A stretch of DNA of 64,000 nt from Vicugna vicugna. Its lineage: Eukaryota. The position numbers and the translations under genes were made by a program. Shown here one piece after another: positions 12,999 to 26,194 of this stretch (position 1 is its first letter; every line of letters begins with the position of its first letter). Below the pieces are notes generated by a model. It was not told the origin of the DNA, ran no database searches, and saw nothing but the letters and a program-made list of their open reading frames with translations. The DNA lies in the NCBI GenBank assembly GCA_013265495.1, contig MU058463.1:1821523-1885522 (forward strand), read 5' to 3'.

Positions 12999-13799
12999 AT
13001 TTCAAGTGCAGTAGATTACTGAAGATCAGTCACCCCAGTGGAGAGTTAGCTAAGGAGCAGGAAGACAGGACCCCAAAGACAAGCCTGAGACTGCAAATTT
13101 CTCCTCTTCTTGAGGGTCAGGGCTCCTGTTTAGGACCCCGCGCCATAAGCAGAGCATCTCTATGGCAGAGAGTAATGCAGCTCGTGCCTCATAAAATTAG
13201 ACCGAGAGTGAGGGAGAGAAGCGGCCTGAAAAGGGAGCCCAAGTCATGATCACAGGCTGGTGAAGCTCTCTTTGCTTCTCTTGGAACCTTCAGCAGAGTG
13301 TCACTAACCATGACACATTAGTCTTGGCTGTGCAGCGAGAAACTGAGTGGGCTCAGTAAAGAGAAGGCAGTGGGTTTTGTCCCTTCTCTTGGAAAGAGAG
13401 TGGTGAGGCCTTTCTCCATCAGCAGAAAACAGCACGTCTAGCAAAGTGCTGATGACACAGAAAGAATGTATAGAAGTAAGATGAGGGGGGAGGACATATC
13501 AGTGAGTTTTTTAGCTTTTCCTGCAGAAGAAGCTGGGGTTAATATACGACAGTACTTATTGGGCATCAGACTCAAGTGATCATAATTTGGGTTCCAGCAA
13601 TAAATGCAAGATTTCTGATTCACAGCAATAAACAAAAATATAAAACAAAAAAAGTAAACATAACTGAGCTCAAAAATAGAATGGACAAAATGAACCAGAA
13701 ACAGAACAAACTGTAATTGAGAAACACATGAAGTCAGTGCCAAGCAATCAACAAATCAACAGAAATCAACAACCTGAAAATAAATTAATGATTAATTCC

Positions 13800-15085
13800 C
13801 TGGCATATCAGGGACTAAGCTATAGTCTGATAGTAGTTAGCATTTGACTACTCAGAAACAGAGTCGTATGAATAGCTGTACATGCAACTTGGTAGACAGC
13901 AGACATGGCATAAACAGTCACCGGGAACTTTTAAATAAATCATGCTGGGACAATATTTTTCAATGTGAAAAAATGTAAATTAGCATACTACTTCACATGA
14001 TATTAAAAGATAGTTTCCAAGTGAATTTAACCTGTGAATATGAAAAGCTAGACTTTAAGTCTTGTAGAAGAAGATGCAGGATATTAACAATATGATAATG
14101 GGTTAGGGAAAGATTTCTTAGACGTAATAAAACTCACAAAAGCATAAAGATTAAGGGACACTGTTAATAACCTCGATAGCATTGAAATAAAAATAATTTG
14201 AACAGCAAAATAAACTACTAGTAAAGTAAAAAAATTGTGAAAAAATAATTGCAAAAATTGTTGCATAAAAATAGCAAAGGATTCACACATTAAACATATA
14301 AGGAATATATAAAACATTAACAAAAATATAAAATGGGCAAAATTTTGAATAGTTGTAATTCATATAAACAAAACTTGGATGTCATATATATAGCTGTATA
14401 TAACCTCTGTATAATGTTCACATATATGATGATATATATAATGATGACATATATAAAATGGCTTCAAAATCATAAATAATCAGGTCAATGCATATGAAAA
14501 TAATATAAATATACTAGTCTTCAAATGGGCAAAATTTTAAATCTGTCAGTATCAAATGTTGTCAGGCATATTTGGAAATGGTAATTCTCAAAAACTGCTG
14601 CTTGGAATGGAAATGGTTACAAATACTTTAGAAAGAACTTGACAATATTTAATATAGACATACATATTGTCTATATTTTATTCATATGTATGTATGTATG
14701 TGTATATATACAGCTATGTATCCTAAGTCTCCAAATTTCACTTCTAGGAATAAAATCTTCCACATTGATTCCTCTCAAAAAAAAAAAATCCCATGTGCAA
14801 AGCAGATATGTATAAATAATTTTTGTAATGATGCAGATTTAATCACAAAATTATAAATTACCTGAACGTCTATCTGCAAAAGAACACATTAAATAATCTG
14901 TGCTTTATGTATATGTGCAATATTACAAAATGGAATGAATGAATTAGATTTATATGTATCAAATGCATAAAATGTATTAAAAAACTGGTCACATTATATA
15001 TAGAGTATGAATCTACAACTTGCAAAACTGTAGAAAATACTGCTTCTAGTTACATATCCACATACAAAAACACATGAGAATTCAG
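13800..15085 (+). mobile_element. Ancient LINE-1 (L1ME/L1MD-like) ORF2 3' region, highly decayed
   Basis: A-rich strand with L1 relics TAAATCATGCTGGGACAA, GTTAGGGAAAGATTTCTTAGAC, CTGCTGCTTGGAATGGAAATGGTTACAA and AATTTCACTTCTAGGAAT. The 12310-13800 region may be its 5' part. Confidence 0.75.
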
Positions 15086-18000
15086 ACACACGGTCTGAAG
15101 CAAACATTTTTAAATATTAAGATTTGTTAGAGCTAAGCGGTGACTTTACAAGCATTTGTTATCTTCATTTCTATAATTAATTTTTCCTAGTGTTTCATAA
15201 TTTAAAAATTCAGTAGAAAAAGCAAAAAAAAAAGAGGTGACTTGACTTTGGTTCATAGAATAATATATTTTAGATACGTGAGATGTGATGATATGAGCTG
15301 TTTCATACACATGAGATAAGAGGAATACTCGGAGGGGGCTATACCTCATACACAGGACAGCGTTGTGTCAATTAACCATGATATTAAGAATATTAGGGAG
15401 CCACATAAATGAAATATCAATCATGTGACAAGTTTCCCATTCTAAAGGACATGGATTTTGAAAAAGGGTTTGGGAAAACTCAAGCTCACTAAAGTCATCA
15501 TTTTATAAACTGAGCAAATACAACCTTCTATAAATCAGCACTGAGCGAGCGCTCACCATGTAAGACTGATTTCTATTATATATAGTTCATGCTCCAAGGG
15601 CTTTCAAGAAAAGCTTTTATTTCAGTTTCCATGATCTATCCATTAAAAGCAAAACAATTTAAAGCCTTCGTTACAATTTCTAACACCAGAATATCAAGGA
15701 GACTGATTCAGAGAAAATACAATTTAACCCCAGATGAGTCAATATATTAACTTGACTCATGACATCTGTATGAGTTGTTTTTTTAATTTTATGCTTTTTG
15801 AAAAAGAACTGTTTAAAGATGCATATTTTCTTCATGCTTTATCTTCTGATTTCCCAATAAAAAGAAAAGTTTCTTCTAGAATTATCATCTGAATCATAAC
15901 TGAAAATGTCTAGGTAAATACATTGCACTACTTACTCACTCTGCTTTTTAACACTTCATATGACATTTATACAGTGTTGAATTATTCACTCAGAAAATTT
16001 TAAATCCTATTTTTAGATTATTCTTGCTATAAAACAGGACTTCTGTTTTAATCTTATTTGAAACTTTGGCTATAGGAGACATTTTAAATTAAATGTTATA
16101 TGGAAAACAGATTAACATACTAAGATGACATGTACATTTGATACAAAGTGAACAAAGAAGTATTGGTGACTGTTTAAGAAGGAACACATATATTTATGAA
16201 ATTGAATATCAACTAACAAGCATTTCCGGGTGCCTACTATCTACCCAGAATTTAAAATAATAATAAAAGATTTGTAATATAATTCTGAGAGTATTAGCCA
16301 GTGAGAGTTCCGTGTGCTAAGCCCAAGTTGTAAAGTCTGGAGTTTTCTCAACTGCTCATCAACCAAATGCCTGATTTATTTGAAAAAAAGGAAAAACAAA
16401 AAGAAGTCTACACTCTCCTTGTTTGATGATTGCCATCCCATTCACAGACTTGTGGTTGCGTTGTGTAGTTGTAAGTTAACGACACATTGCAGCCATAGAC
16501 TAAGGTATGAAGAGGCATAGAAGTTAGGGGAGAGGGGACGGCAGAGAGAGCTGTCGAGAGTGACCCGTCAAAGAACCAAAGATGGCAAAGAAGGTTCCCT
16601 GTAAGGCCACAAAGGAAGGGCTTCTGTAGGTACTGGAGGGAGAAATGTTTGTTGTGGAATGAACTTCATGCTAGCAGTTTCCACCTCAAATATTGTGTAA
16701 CAAAGCGGGATTATTCTTGAGTCAATATTAGGAAAGCCTCATGATTCACCCTGAGAACTGAAGATAGCTCTTGGTGGCCAGTCCCGGCTCAGTGAGGCAT
16801 CGTCGCCTCATCTGCCTTCACCAGCACCACGGCGTCCCTCCCGGTAAACTCATCACTCTCTATTTAAGAAACACGATGTTATCATTGGCAGAATTATCGA
16901 TGACCAAAAGAAAAAAAAAGTACAACCCACAGAAAAGTCCAAACAGACTGACCACTCATTCAGTCCAGCAGCAACACTGAATGGTACTCTAGTCACCAAA
17001 AGAGATGGGGAGATTTTGGAGATCACCCAAAGTCAAGGAGCGAGAGTGGAGAACCCAGCTCAGTTCTCGTGCTCTGAGGAACTCAAACGTTTATTTCTCA
17101 TTAAAGAAAGAAAAAAAAAAAAAAAGCCTTGCAGAGTTACAGAGTTACAGAGTTCAAGCCCTACCCCTGGCCCTTCACTTCCATTAACATCTAATATTCT
17201 AATGTTGGTCACTGTCTTACCCATGCATTTGAGAGTTTTACTTTTTCTCTTCATGTATTTTCATTAAATATTAGAATTAGTAAATGATGTAACAATTGTC
17301 TAAAGAAGAAACATTGGTTCTGAAAAAAAAAAAGAAAGAAAAAACTTGTTTAAAAGAAGAATGAGGAGCAAGAGGACAGGAATGAGGGAGGAAGAAAACA
17401 AAACTGGACCATGGACACATCGGTAGGTGGTTTCCAGGTGTAATTAAAAATGTGTGCAGCTTAGCGACCTGCTAAAACATCTACACTTTAGAATTTCTCT
17501 CCCTACAAACTATTTAGGGTCTCCAAACTGAGACGATAGAATCAAAGAGAAGAAATATAGATTTTTTTTTTGAGAAAACAGGTGGACAGAAGAAACCTTT
17601 AATATTTCAAGATTTGAAAGGACAAAAATGTTTAGATACAAGTTTGAAGTTTAGTGATGCTATTCTTTTAAAATAACCACAAACTATGAGGAACAGGAAG
17701 GTTGACTTCTAGATACCAACGTATACTTGATGGCAGCCATTCTACTAAGCTGAATGTTGTTCAGCAGGTTTTGAGTTTATACTACAGTATCCAGTCCAGT
17801 TTGGGCTCAAGCCTTAGGGACTGAAGAACAGAGAGGAAAGGGGAGAAGTCCTTCTCTAGGACAAACACCTACACAGCAAAGGGCTAACTGACCACGTGCC
17901 TCTTCCTTCAAGTATCTTCTTTCCTGGGTACCTTAATAACAAGTTATGTCAAGAATCTAGAAGAGTTGCCGTCTCTAAGGTTATTAACAACTAAATCAAT

Positions 18001-18189
18001 ATTTTTACCAGAAGACTTCCCCAGATAATCATAAATAAATTTTAACACTAAATTCTGGTTCTTCCTACAATCCTAAAATAAGAGTGATCGGGAGAAATGA
18101 AAAATAATTCTATACCTACTATTAACCCTATTTTACTTGATCATTGATGAGAAACAAAATAGAACCGCTTTAGGCAATGGCTCTTCCTT

Positions 18190-18361
18190 GAGATCTTTTT
18201 TTAGATTACTTTTTTTTTAATGGGCTTGATTTTACTTTATTTTATTTTGTAGGGGGGTAATCAGGGTAATTAGGTTATTTTTGGAGGAGGTGCTGGGGAT
18301 TGAACCCAAGACCTCATGCATGCTAAGCACGTGCTCTACCAATTGAGCTATCCCTTCCCCC
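18190..18361 (-). mobile_element. tRNA-derived SINE (camelid Vic-1-like)
   Basis: Minus strand reads GGGGAAGGGATAGCTCAATTGGTAGAGCACGTGCTTAGCATGCATGAGGTCTTGGGTTCAATCCCCAGCACCTCC plus an A-rich tail. TSD TGGCTCTT(C/T)CTT at 18178-18189 and 18362-18373. Confidence 0.9.
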
Positions 18362-18727
18362 TGGCTCTTTCTTAATGACTGCTTTCCTTTCTTATCTGTG
18401 GTTTGTTTGTTGTTTTTGTTTTAATCAGGAGGAGGGTTATTTGCAAAATGATTTTTAACTGACTGATAAAGGAGTAACTGTAGGAATCATTATCTACAAA
18501 ATCATTCATAGAAGAAAACATTCTTAGAAAGGGTCAATAATTTGACATCTCATTATCGAGCACTTACTGTATACTCTGGCATTCTCTTGTAGGTGCTGGA
18601 GATATTACACTGAGTAAGATAAGCTTGCCCCGTGAAGCTTAAACTGCAGTAGAGAAGACACACATGTAGTCATTGCAGTGCTGTGGGCACTTAAAGGCAT
18701 CAGTTCACTTCATAAAGAAGTTGAGGG

Positions 18728-19010
18728 CAAGGGCTGGCAAACTTTTTCTTTTTGTAAAGGGCCAGATGGTAAATCTTTTGGGCTTTGGTGCCACACAGAA
18801 TATTACAGTTACTTAACTTGCCAATAGATAGTAAAAGTGGTCCTAGACAACGTGTAAACAAATGGTATGTTCCAATAAGACTTTGATTTATAGATGGACA
18901 ATGAATTTTGAATTTCTTATACTTTTCGTAGGTCATGAAATGTCTATCTTTTGATCTTTTTGCTAACTATTTAAAAATGTAAAACTCATTCTTTGCTAAT
19001 GGTCACAACT
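18728..19010. mobile_element. hAT-Charlie MITE (MER58B-like), probably within a decayed L2
   Basis: CAAGGGCTGGCAAACTTTTTC...TGTAAAGGGCCAGATGGTAAAT, GTTCCAATAAGACTT and ACTATTTAAAAATGTAAAACTCATTCTT. Confidence 0.82.
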
Positions 19011-22000
19011 AAGGCACTAGAGGAAAGCTTGTGAGGAAGGAGCATCTACACTGAGAGCTGAGGGCAAATAAAATCAGACAAAAATAAATTGAGCAGGGCG
19101 GGGTTAGGTAGGGGGTGGGGCGCCTACTAGTTGATGTGCCATGAGGAGCCATGGGAAAAAAAATGCATGAATATAGTTCACCTGGTTGAAGCTGTTTAGC
19201 TTTAATGAAAACAACTCAGGGGATATGTAACAAGGAGGGATGTTTTTTATCTCTACGATTGCACAACATTTGTGAGCACCTATTCTGCCCACCAGGAAGG
19301 CTGGACAGACTCTTTATACAAACTGTGTGTAATTATCACTTTTCTCCATTCCCCCGAAGGCCTGTGAAAGCACAAATGATTCCCTTTTTCTCTTGCTACT
19401 TTGGCAAAGCAAACCTATCAGTGCAGAAAAAAATGAGACCCCAAGTGTGTGCTTATTTAGCAATGCTTTGGCAGTAAGTTCCAGGTGCTCTTTAACTCCA
19501 TCAGTGTTAACATTTTGGACAACTCACTTCACTTTCTCTGCACATCCATTTCACTCCTGCTAAGTAAAAACAGTATCTACCATCAAACCTCCCAGAGTTA
19601 TCCTTAAAGCACACAAAATATTTTGGCATGCGCATCACAAGAAAATTTCCAATTTTAGAGCAATTAGATGAATATGGATCTAAGATCAAACATTAATATT
19701 TTCCAAAGACTGACTAATTAATCCAAATTCTAATTTTTAAAAAATTGACTGGGTGTGCTGTTACATATTTGAAAATAAGATAGTTTTCACTATTTGGCTG
19801 CTGTCAACACAAATGTATTTAGACAATTTAGAAAGAAAGTTACAGGCTTTTTTTTTCTTTAACTGATACGGAAAAGAAAGTAGATTTATTGACTTTAAAG
19901 TAACATTCAGTTTTAATCAGTATCTTATTTGTTCAATGTGCTAAAATGTAATGATAATCTGTCAAAAATAGAGAGCATGTGTTTGGCCCTGGGCTCAATT
20001 CTTGAGTGGAGATGAGGCAAAAAGTTTTTCTGGTAACCAAGCCAATTCTGTTTGCCTGCAGTACTAATATAACCGCAGTCACTAAGGTGTTAAAGTGCTA
20101 TCAAGGGTTTGAATCCACATCGGTTAGTAAATAAATAAATAAAACAGCCCTTCTGCTCATTAGGAAGCCATCCAAAGCCAAGGAGAGAGAATCAAGTTCC
20201 TAATTTATGAGTCAGCCGCTAAAAAAAAAAAAAAAAAGAGGCAACGCTAACACAGTCATTCATGCAGCCTTTCCTCATGCTGATCTTTCTGAAAAAATAA
20301 ATTCCTGAAGGACTATTCAGAATCACTACCAGTAAGTTCTATTATACTGTCAGCCTTCAAGAAAGAAAATGTTTCCCTGGGACTTCAAACAGGAGATTGA
20401 GGAAATGATCGCGGCAAATTGTCCCAAATTAATTAAAATGACTTATATGACACGCCGTGTAACTGCAAAATGCAAAGTGATAAAAAAATGTCCCCGTAGT
20501 GAAGCAAATGCAGAGTCAAGATACATGGACTAAAACAGGAAGAATAAGGCTTTCCTAGTGTGTCTCCAAGTAAGCCTTCAATTTCACCCTCATTTTTGGC
20601 AGCATATTGACCAGTGGTTAGAGATTTACCAGAAAATTGTTGACCACAATTATTAAATCCTACAATAAAAAAGTTCTCAGATTGAACATCACACTGTTGA
20701 CCGCAAGACAATGCAGAAGACGCAATCTATTTTGCTTTCAGTTCTCAAAAGCAAGAGTTTGTCTTACGTGTTTAAAATTCCCCATTCAAACAGCTTTTTA
20801 TTCTACTCCCATTGTCTCTTTTGCTCCTCACTCCCTCCCTTCACTTCCCCTGCTGCCCCCTCCGATTTTGACCCACTCTGGTCTCCTGGCATTGTTCTGA
20901 CATTTGCCTGGCAGAACATAAAACAACAAATATGTTCAATTTGAGTGGTTTCCTGCAATGTTATTCTACCAAACTGGCAATTTCCGAAAGGATTTAGAAA
21001 GGAGTGTACAATTCCTCAGACGCTGGGGAGGTCCGACAGGGAATGCCAAACAGGGCAGTGCTTCTATCGGGTCCTAATATCTGAGCGTAGAAAAACATCC
21101 CTTTTTCTCAGGTTTATTTTTTATGCCTAATAGCCAGCAGACTTCAGACACTGTCCAAGTGGCCCGAAAGCACTATATTTAGCACCTTAAAACCCAAAGG
21201 AGTTTAGTATATTTTGGGATGTGTGGTGCATGGGCACACAATTTTTTTTCTCCCCTAGCAGTCATGTAAGGTAATAAAACATTAATCAAGATGCTTAAAT
21301 TATATCTAATGGCTTGATGGCCTCACATAAGAACCAGATGCAAAATTCATTAAAATAGGCTCTATTTTTCCCCTGTATCGGCATTTCCTGCTCCCCGACC
21401 CTGCATTTGACATTTCCAAGATGGTGGCAGCTTGGGAAATTTTATGATCTGATTGTGGCTTGGCTTGAATTCAAATTATAGGGTCTGATTTTGATCAAAT
21501 TAGACATCTAATGCCTTGGCAGAATGGTACATGCCAGTGTCAGTGGTGGCAAGATGGGCTACAGCACCAACTGGAGACAGAAGCCCACAAATTCTCAGGG
21601 TTCATGATATTACACTTCATGTCCTCAAAGTATCCAGGCCCTAAAAACCTTAATGGGTGAATGTAGCCTGTCATGCATTATTATTTCAGCTCTTGGAGGG
21701 CTGAAATCTTCTGATCCAGCAACAGAGACTTCTTGCAGGCCAATTCGTCTGTGTTCACCAACGCCTATAGCAACTCCTCCTGCACCCTCCATCCTCTGCA
21801 AAAGTTGCACGAGTGCTGACTGGTTGTTGCACGCCTGCGTGACCCCTCTCTCACTGTGCTCAGTCATTACATTCACTTTTCCATTTCATGTCAAATTTTG
21901 GCACTAGCTTGAAAGTTGTTCTTGTACCTTTTTTGCCTTAAAGCCAGAAAAATGAGTTTATGGATTCCTGTTCAGAAGATAATTGAATACACAAGCCCTT

Positions 22001-22394
22001 AAAAGTTTGTCTTTGATAAAAACTTACCTCATTGTTTCACCCTTATACAGACTCTCTCCTGTCCTGAGGTTCAAGAAAGCACGGGGACTTCCAAAACAAC
22101 CTTTGGGCTTCGTGCAGTGTGAAAACACGGCTTTCTGGCAAATCATCCTGGCACCAGGCAGTGTCCTAAAAAAATGCATCACCACCAATGGTGAAACCCT
22201 CAGCTCTGGAGGGGAGCCCACAAGATTATCCTCTCCCAAACTTCTGAAGCCCTGGTGGCTCCTGGAGCAGAGAACGAACTACTGTGCCTTATAGCAACTG
22301 CCTGCAATCATCCTCCCTCCAGGACTCTGGGGTCCAGCCTTTCCTGGGCCTAAGAGGAAGTCTCCGAACAAAATGTGGTATCATGGGAGAAAGT

Positions 22395-22510
22395 CACCAG
22401 AAGGGATTCACCTATTGGGTATCCACTTGGCAATTAACTACGTGCCCTCGAGCAAGTCACTCGACCTCCGGGGCTTCAATCCATTCAACTATTCAAGCAA
22501 GACGTTACAA
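22395..22510 (+). mobile_element. MIR fragment
   Basis: TAACTACGTGCCCTCGAGCAAGTCACTCGACCTCCGGGGCTTCAAT resembles the MIR core. Confidence 0.55.
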
Positions 22511-22714
22511 TCTACGATTTAATAACAGGAACAGTGATCGGATTCTTAAGCTGGAAACTGAAAAAGTACCGAGTGAATAGCATGAGTATTGTTGAAATGC
22601 AGAGGGGGTTCCACCCAGGTTGCTGACTCATTCCCTCGTATGTGGGTGACACTCTCCTTGCCTTTGGGATGATTTTATAGCCGACCGTTCACTGTGTGCG
22701 TGTTATCAAAAGAT

Positions 22715-22890
22715 GGCTTTGGGAGTTTGGGACTTCACTTCTAGTTTTGTCTGAACTAGACCCTTAAAGGGCTGTGCATCCTGGACAACTCGCTTAACAA
22801 ATCTGGACCTCAGTTTTTCTCTGCCTGAACAACAAGGAGTGGGGAATGATTTCATGATCTCACAGACCTCTTCTGATCTGTGATTCCGTA
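22715..22890 (+). mobile_element. MIR/MIR3 fragment
   Basis: CTGTGCATCCTGGACAACTCGCTTAACAAATCTGGACCTCAGTTTTTCT...TCTGTGATTC. Confidence 0.65.
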
Positions 22891-24937
22891 AATGGTTCCT
22901 GTCCCCAGCCTGGTGTCTTTGGGAAAGTCAAGGAAAGCAGACACAAGATGATTAGGAGCTGAGCTTTCTTTTTGGCCTCCAGTTTGGAAACAGGACCCCT
23001 CGGGATTAGATCGCAGGAGGACAGGTTACTGTACATCTGGTTTTTCCTTAAGGTGTGCGTGTTCAGTTACCAATGACCACATCGCTATACTGGAGGCTTT
23101 TTTTTGTCAGATATGCTCCTCCTCTCTCCTCAGTCTGTTTTCAAGTCTCTGGCCTTTAAATACATCTCTCCACCGCTTCCACTTTCTAACCATCCAACTG
23201 TACTCAGCCCTGTCTGATCTGCCTTGGTTGCTGTCAGAACCTTCGTCATGGGTAGGGTGATTCTTTAGTTGAAGAAAAAGATGAAATAACAAAACTATTT
23301 TGCTACAATATACCATTTCATCTGGTCTATTCCACCCCGACCCCACCAATTCCCACCCCCTCCACGTCTATTTAAAAATGAGAAGTGAGGTAAAGAATGT
23401 TCTTTCTTGGTCAAAGGCAGATAGATGACAAGCCAGCCTAACAGCCACACTTAGGAGTTTGGATAACATCATCACAACAGGAGATGGAGGCTCGCAGTCT
23501 GCAGTTTTATTAGGTCCCCAAATTAAAATATTCCTGGTGTTGTCCCAGTTAAACTATTCCTGGTTTGGGTTTTATGCATCTTAAATCCATCCCAGAGCTT
23601 TAATAAGAAAAGCATGCTTTTATTGAAACAATATTGAAATTGTCTTTCTATCTATTCATATGCTTAGTTTTTTTCAGAGTCTCTGGGTTTGTTTTTTGTT
23701 AAAAAAAGATTTCATTTCATTTTTACAAGAAATATTATATATACAAATTCTACAATGTAAAATGATTCACATTTTAAATAAATTCATTTTCAGAAAAGAT
23801 TTTAAAAAGTGCATTTGTAACTAAGACTGTTCAGAGGAAATAGTTTTCAAATATTGGAAGTATTTCAGATAGATATAAGTATTTGTATATCTGTATATAT
23901 ATGTATTTGTACATGTTTGTGTTGTTTTCAGAAGAAAAAATGGCTGAATTCTTCTGAGAAGGTCAAATCAGTAAACTTGAGAAATCAGGATTATAACCAT
24001 GACTCTATCATAAAACTGCTCTCTTACTCAAGGAAAAATTAACTAAAATTTGTTTCCATTTGTCAAAAGGCTTGTTTTAAAATTGAATGTGTGTAGTTCA
24101 ATGATTAAAGTATGACTTTTTCTATCTTAAAATGTGTCATCCTTATAAGAAGACAGTGAAATAATGATTGAATAAAATGAACAATATTTGCTGACTCGCA
24201 TACATTTTCCAATGTCTATTGTATATTGGCAAATGATGTATGTTCAGTGACCCTGCCTGTAAAACAGACATTTCGTCAACAATGCCTTCAATTAGATTGT
24301 ATACCTAGGAATTTATAGTTCACAGATATCAATCTTGATTAACGTACTAATGTTAAAAAAATGATTTCTCAATAGGGCAGAAGAACCCATGAGTTAGTGC
24401 ATGAGATGTCATTTCTTTTTAAAATTTCATTATCTAATTCAGAAATGCCAACCAACCTTCTGAGTCATGTATGATATTTAATGCTTGTGCAATCTTTGCC
24501 AATTAACCTTTCTCTTGGAATCAAATTTGAGTTATAAGACTTCCTATGAACCTCCCTAGGGAGCAAGAAAATGTGAGTGCTTAGACATATAGGAGAAAGA
24601 GGATAAATGCATAAATGTATGCCAATGGGAATGACAGTGAGAAGCATGTATAGACATCGTAATTGTTGGATAATCCAATCCTGTTAAATGACAGATCTGA
24701 AGGTCTAAGGATCGTTTACACCTCTGATTATTAACCCAGTGTCACTCATTTAGGCAAGCCTATGTATTGAGTTCCTTTATTTGCTAAGCCCAGTGCCAGA
24801 CACTGTGTATTCACAGAAGAATACATCAGGACTCCTGTTCTCAGGGAGCTTATGATCATAGTAGTAGTGTGGGTCAAGGCTAAAATAGGGTTATGTAGAG
24901 GCTAAAATAATAATGTTAAGCAAAAAGAAATTGAGGC

Positions 24938-25170
24938 AACCAGGCACAGTGTTGGAGAATGCGAATTCTAGAGCCCAGCTGCGTGGGTTCATATCCCAGC
25001 GCTGTCACTTACTACCTGTCTTCTTAATCGCTCTGTGGCTCATCTACAAAACGGAGGATGAGAACAGCACTTGCCTCCTCGAGCAGCAATGATGAGAAAA
25101 TGAGTTCTTATTTATAAAGTACTCCAAATCATACCTGCCACATAATGAGCAGGATGCAAGCGTTGAATAA
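24938..25170 (+). mobile_element. MIR SINE
   Basis: CTAGAGCCCAGCTGCGTGGGTTCATATCCCAGCGCTGTCACTTACTA...CTCATCTACAAAACGGAG. Confidence 0.8.
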
Positions 25171-26194
25171 ATAAAGCCCTGTGGCTCGGGGAAATGATCA
25201 GAGAAGAAGAAACTACTTTGAGGTACGTGGTTCATTTTTTCACGGTGAAGGAAGAAACCTGTTATCCACACCAGGTACTTACTCCTCGTACCTAGAAATC
25301 TACGCAGAAAGTAAGAATTCTCTCCCTTAGCACAGAAATCCCACACGTGGCAATCCCAGATGGGATTTTGTTGATGAAAGTCGGATTGCTTTTAGTTTCG
25401 TAACTTTATAAATGCTCCTTCTTTGAGCAATTTTTAAAAATTCTTTGGCTCTAATTTTAAAAATAGACACTGGGGTGGGGAAGAAAATGTTAATCAATGC
25501 TTACGTAAGTGTATGTTGAAAATGGACTTTGTCTACATGCCTCATGGAACGAGTTCTACACTCTTCATAGAACATCCGGGAATTACTACAGAATCAGATC
25601 GGCAACTCTAAGGTAAGTTACTATTACCTGATATAAAAAAAGACAATGCTCACTTCCCAAGATTGGGTAACTCTCTCACCCCAAAATGGTTCTCTGTGTA
25701 AATCAAAGCAATACAACTAAATGAGACACTCTAAGGACCAGGCAAACGACCTTCTCCAAACTCACCTCTTATCCGTAATGTGTCCTGCTCACAACTGCGT
25801 CTCTTTGCTCTTCGGACCCATGGGTGGCCGCTGGAGACGTGCTCTGCAGGGGAGCAGTGCTGAAAGGAAATGATCACCTTTCAGAATTGAAGAGTAGTAC
25901 GTTAATCTTAGCTTTCCCTTATAGTTCTTATGGTTTCACCACTTCAGAAGAGAGGAATCTGCTCTAGCATGTTGTCTCCAGCTGTAGTATCTAGTTACTA
26001 GCATTTCCACAGTTAAAGCCTGAGATGGTTCTAACATTACCTGCCGAATAAACTTTGAACATGATTGAATGTCATCCAAGGCCTCCTGAATATACATTTC
26101 CTCCCAACCCCCACCTCCAGAGCCCTGCCTCTCATTACCCCTTGAAACTGATGAAAAATGGCCACACATCCTTTGACTCTTCTCCAACCAAAGC

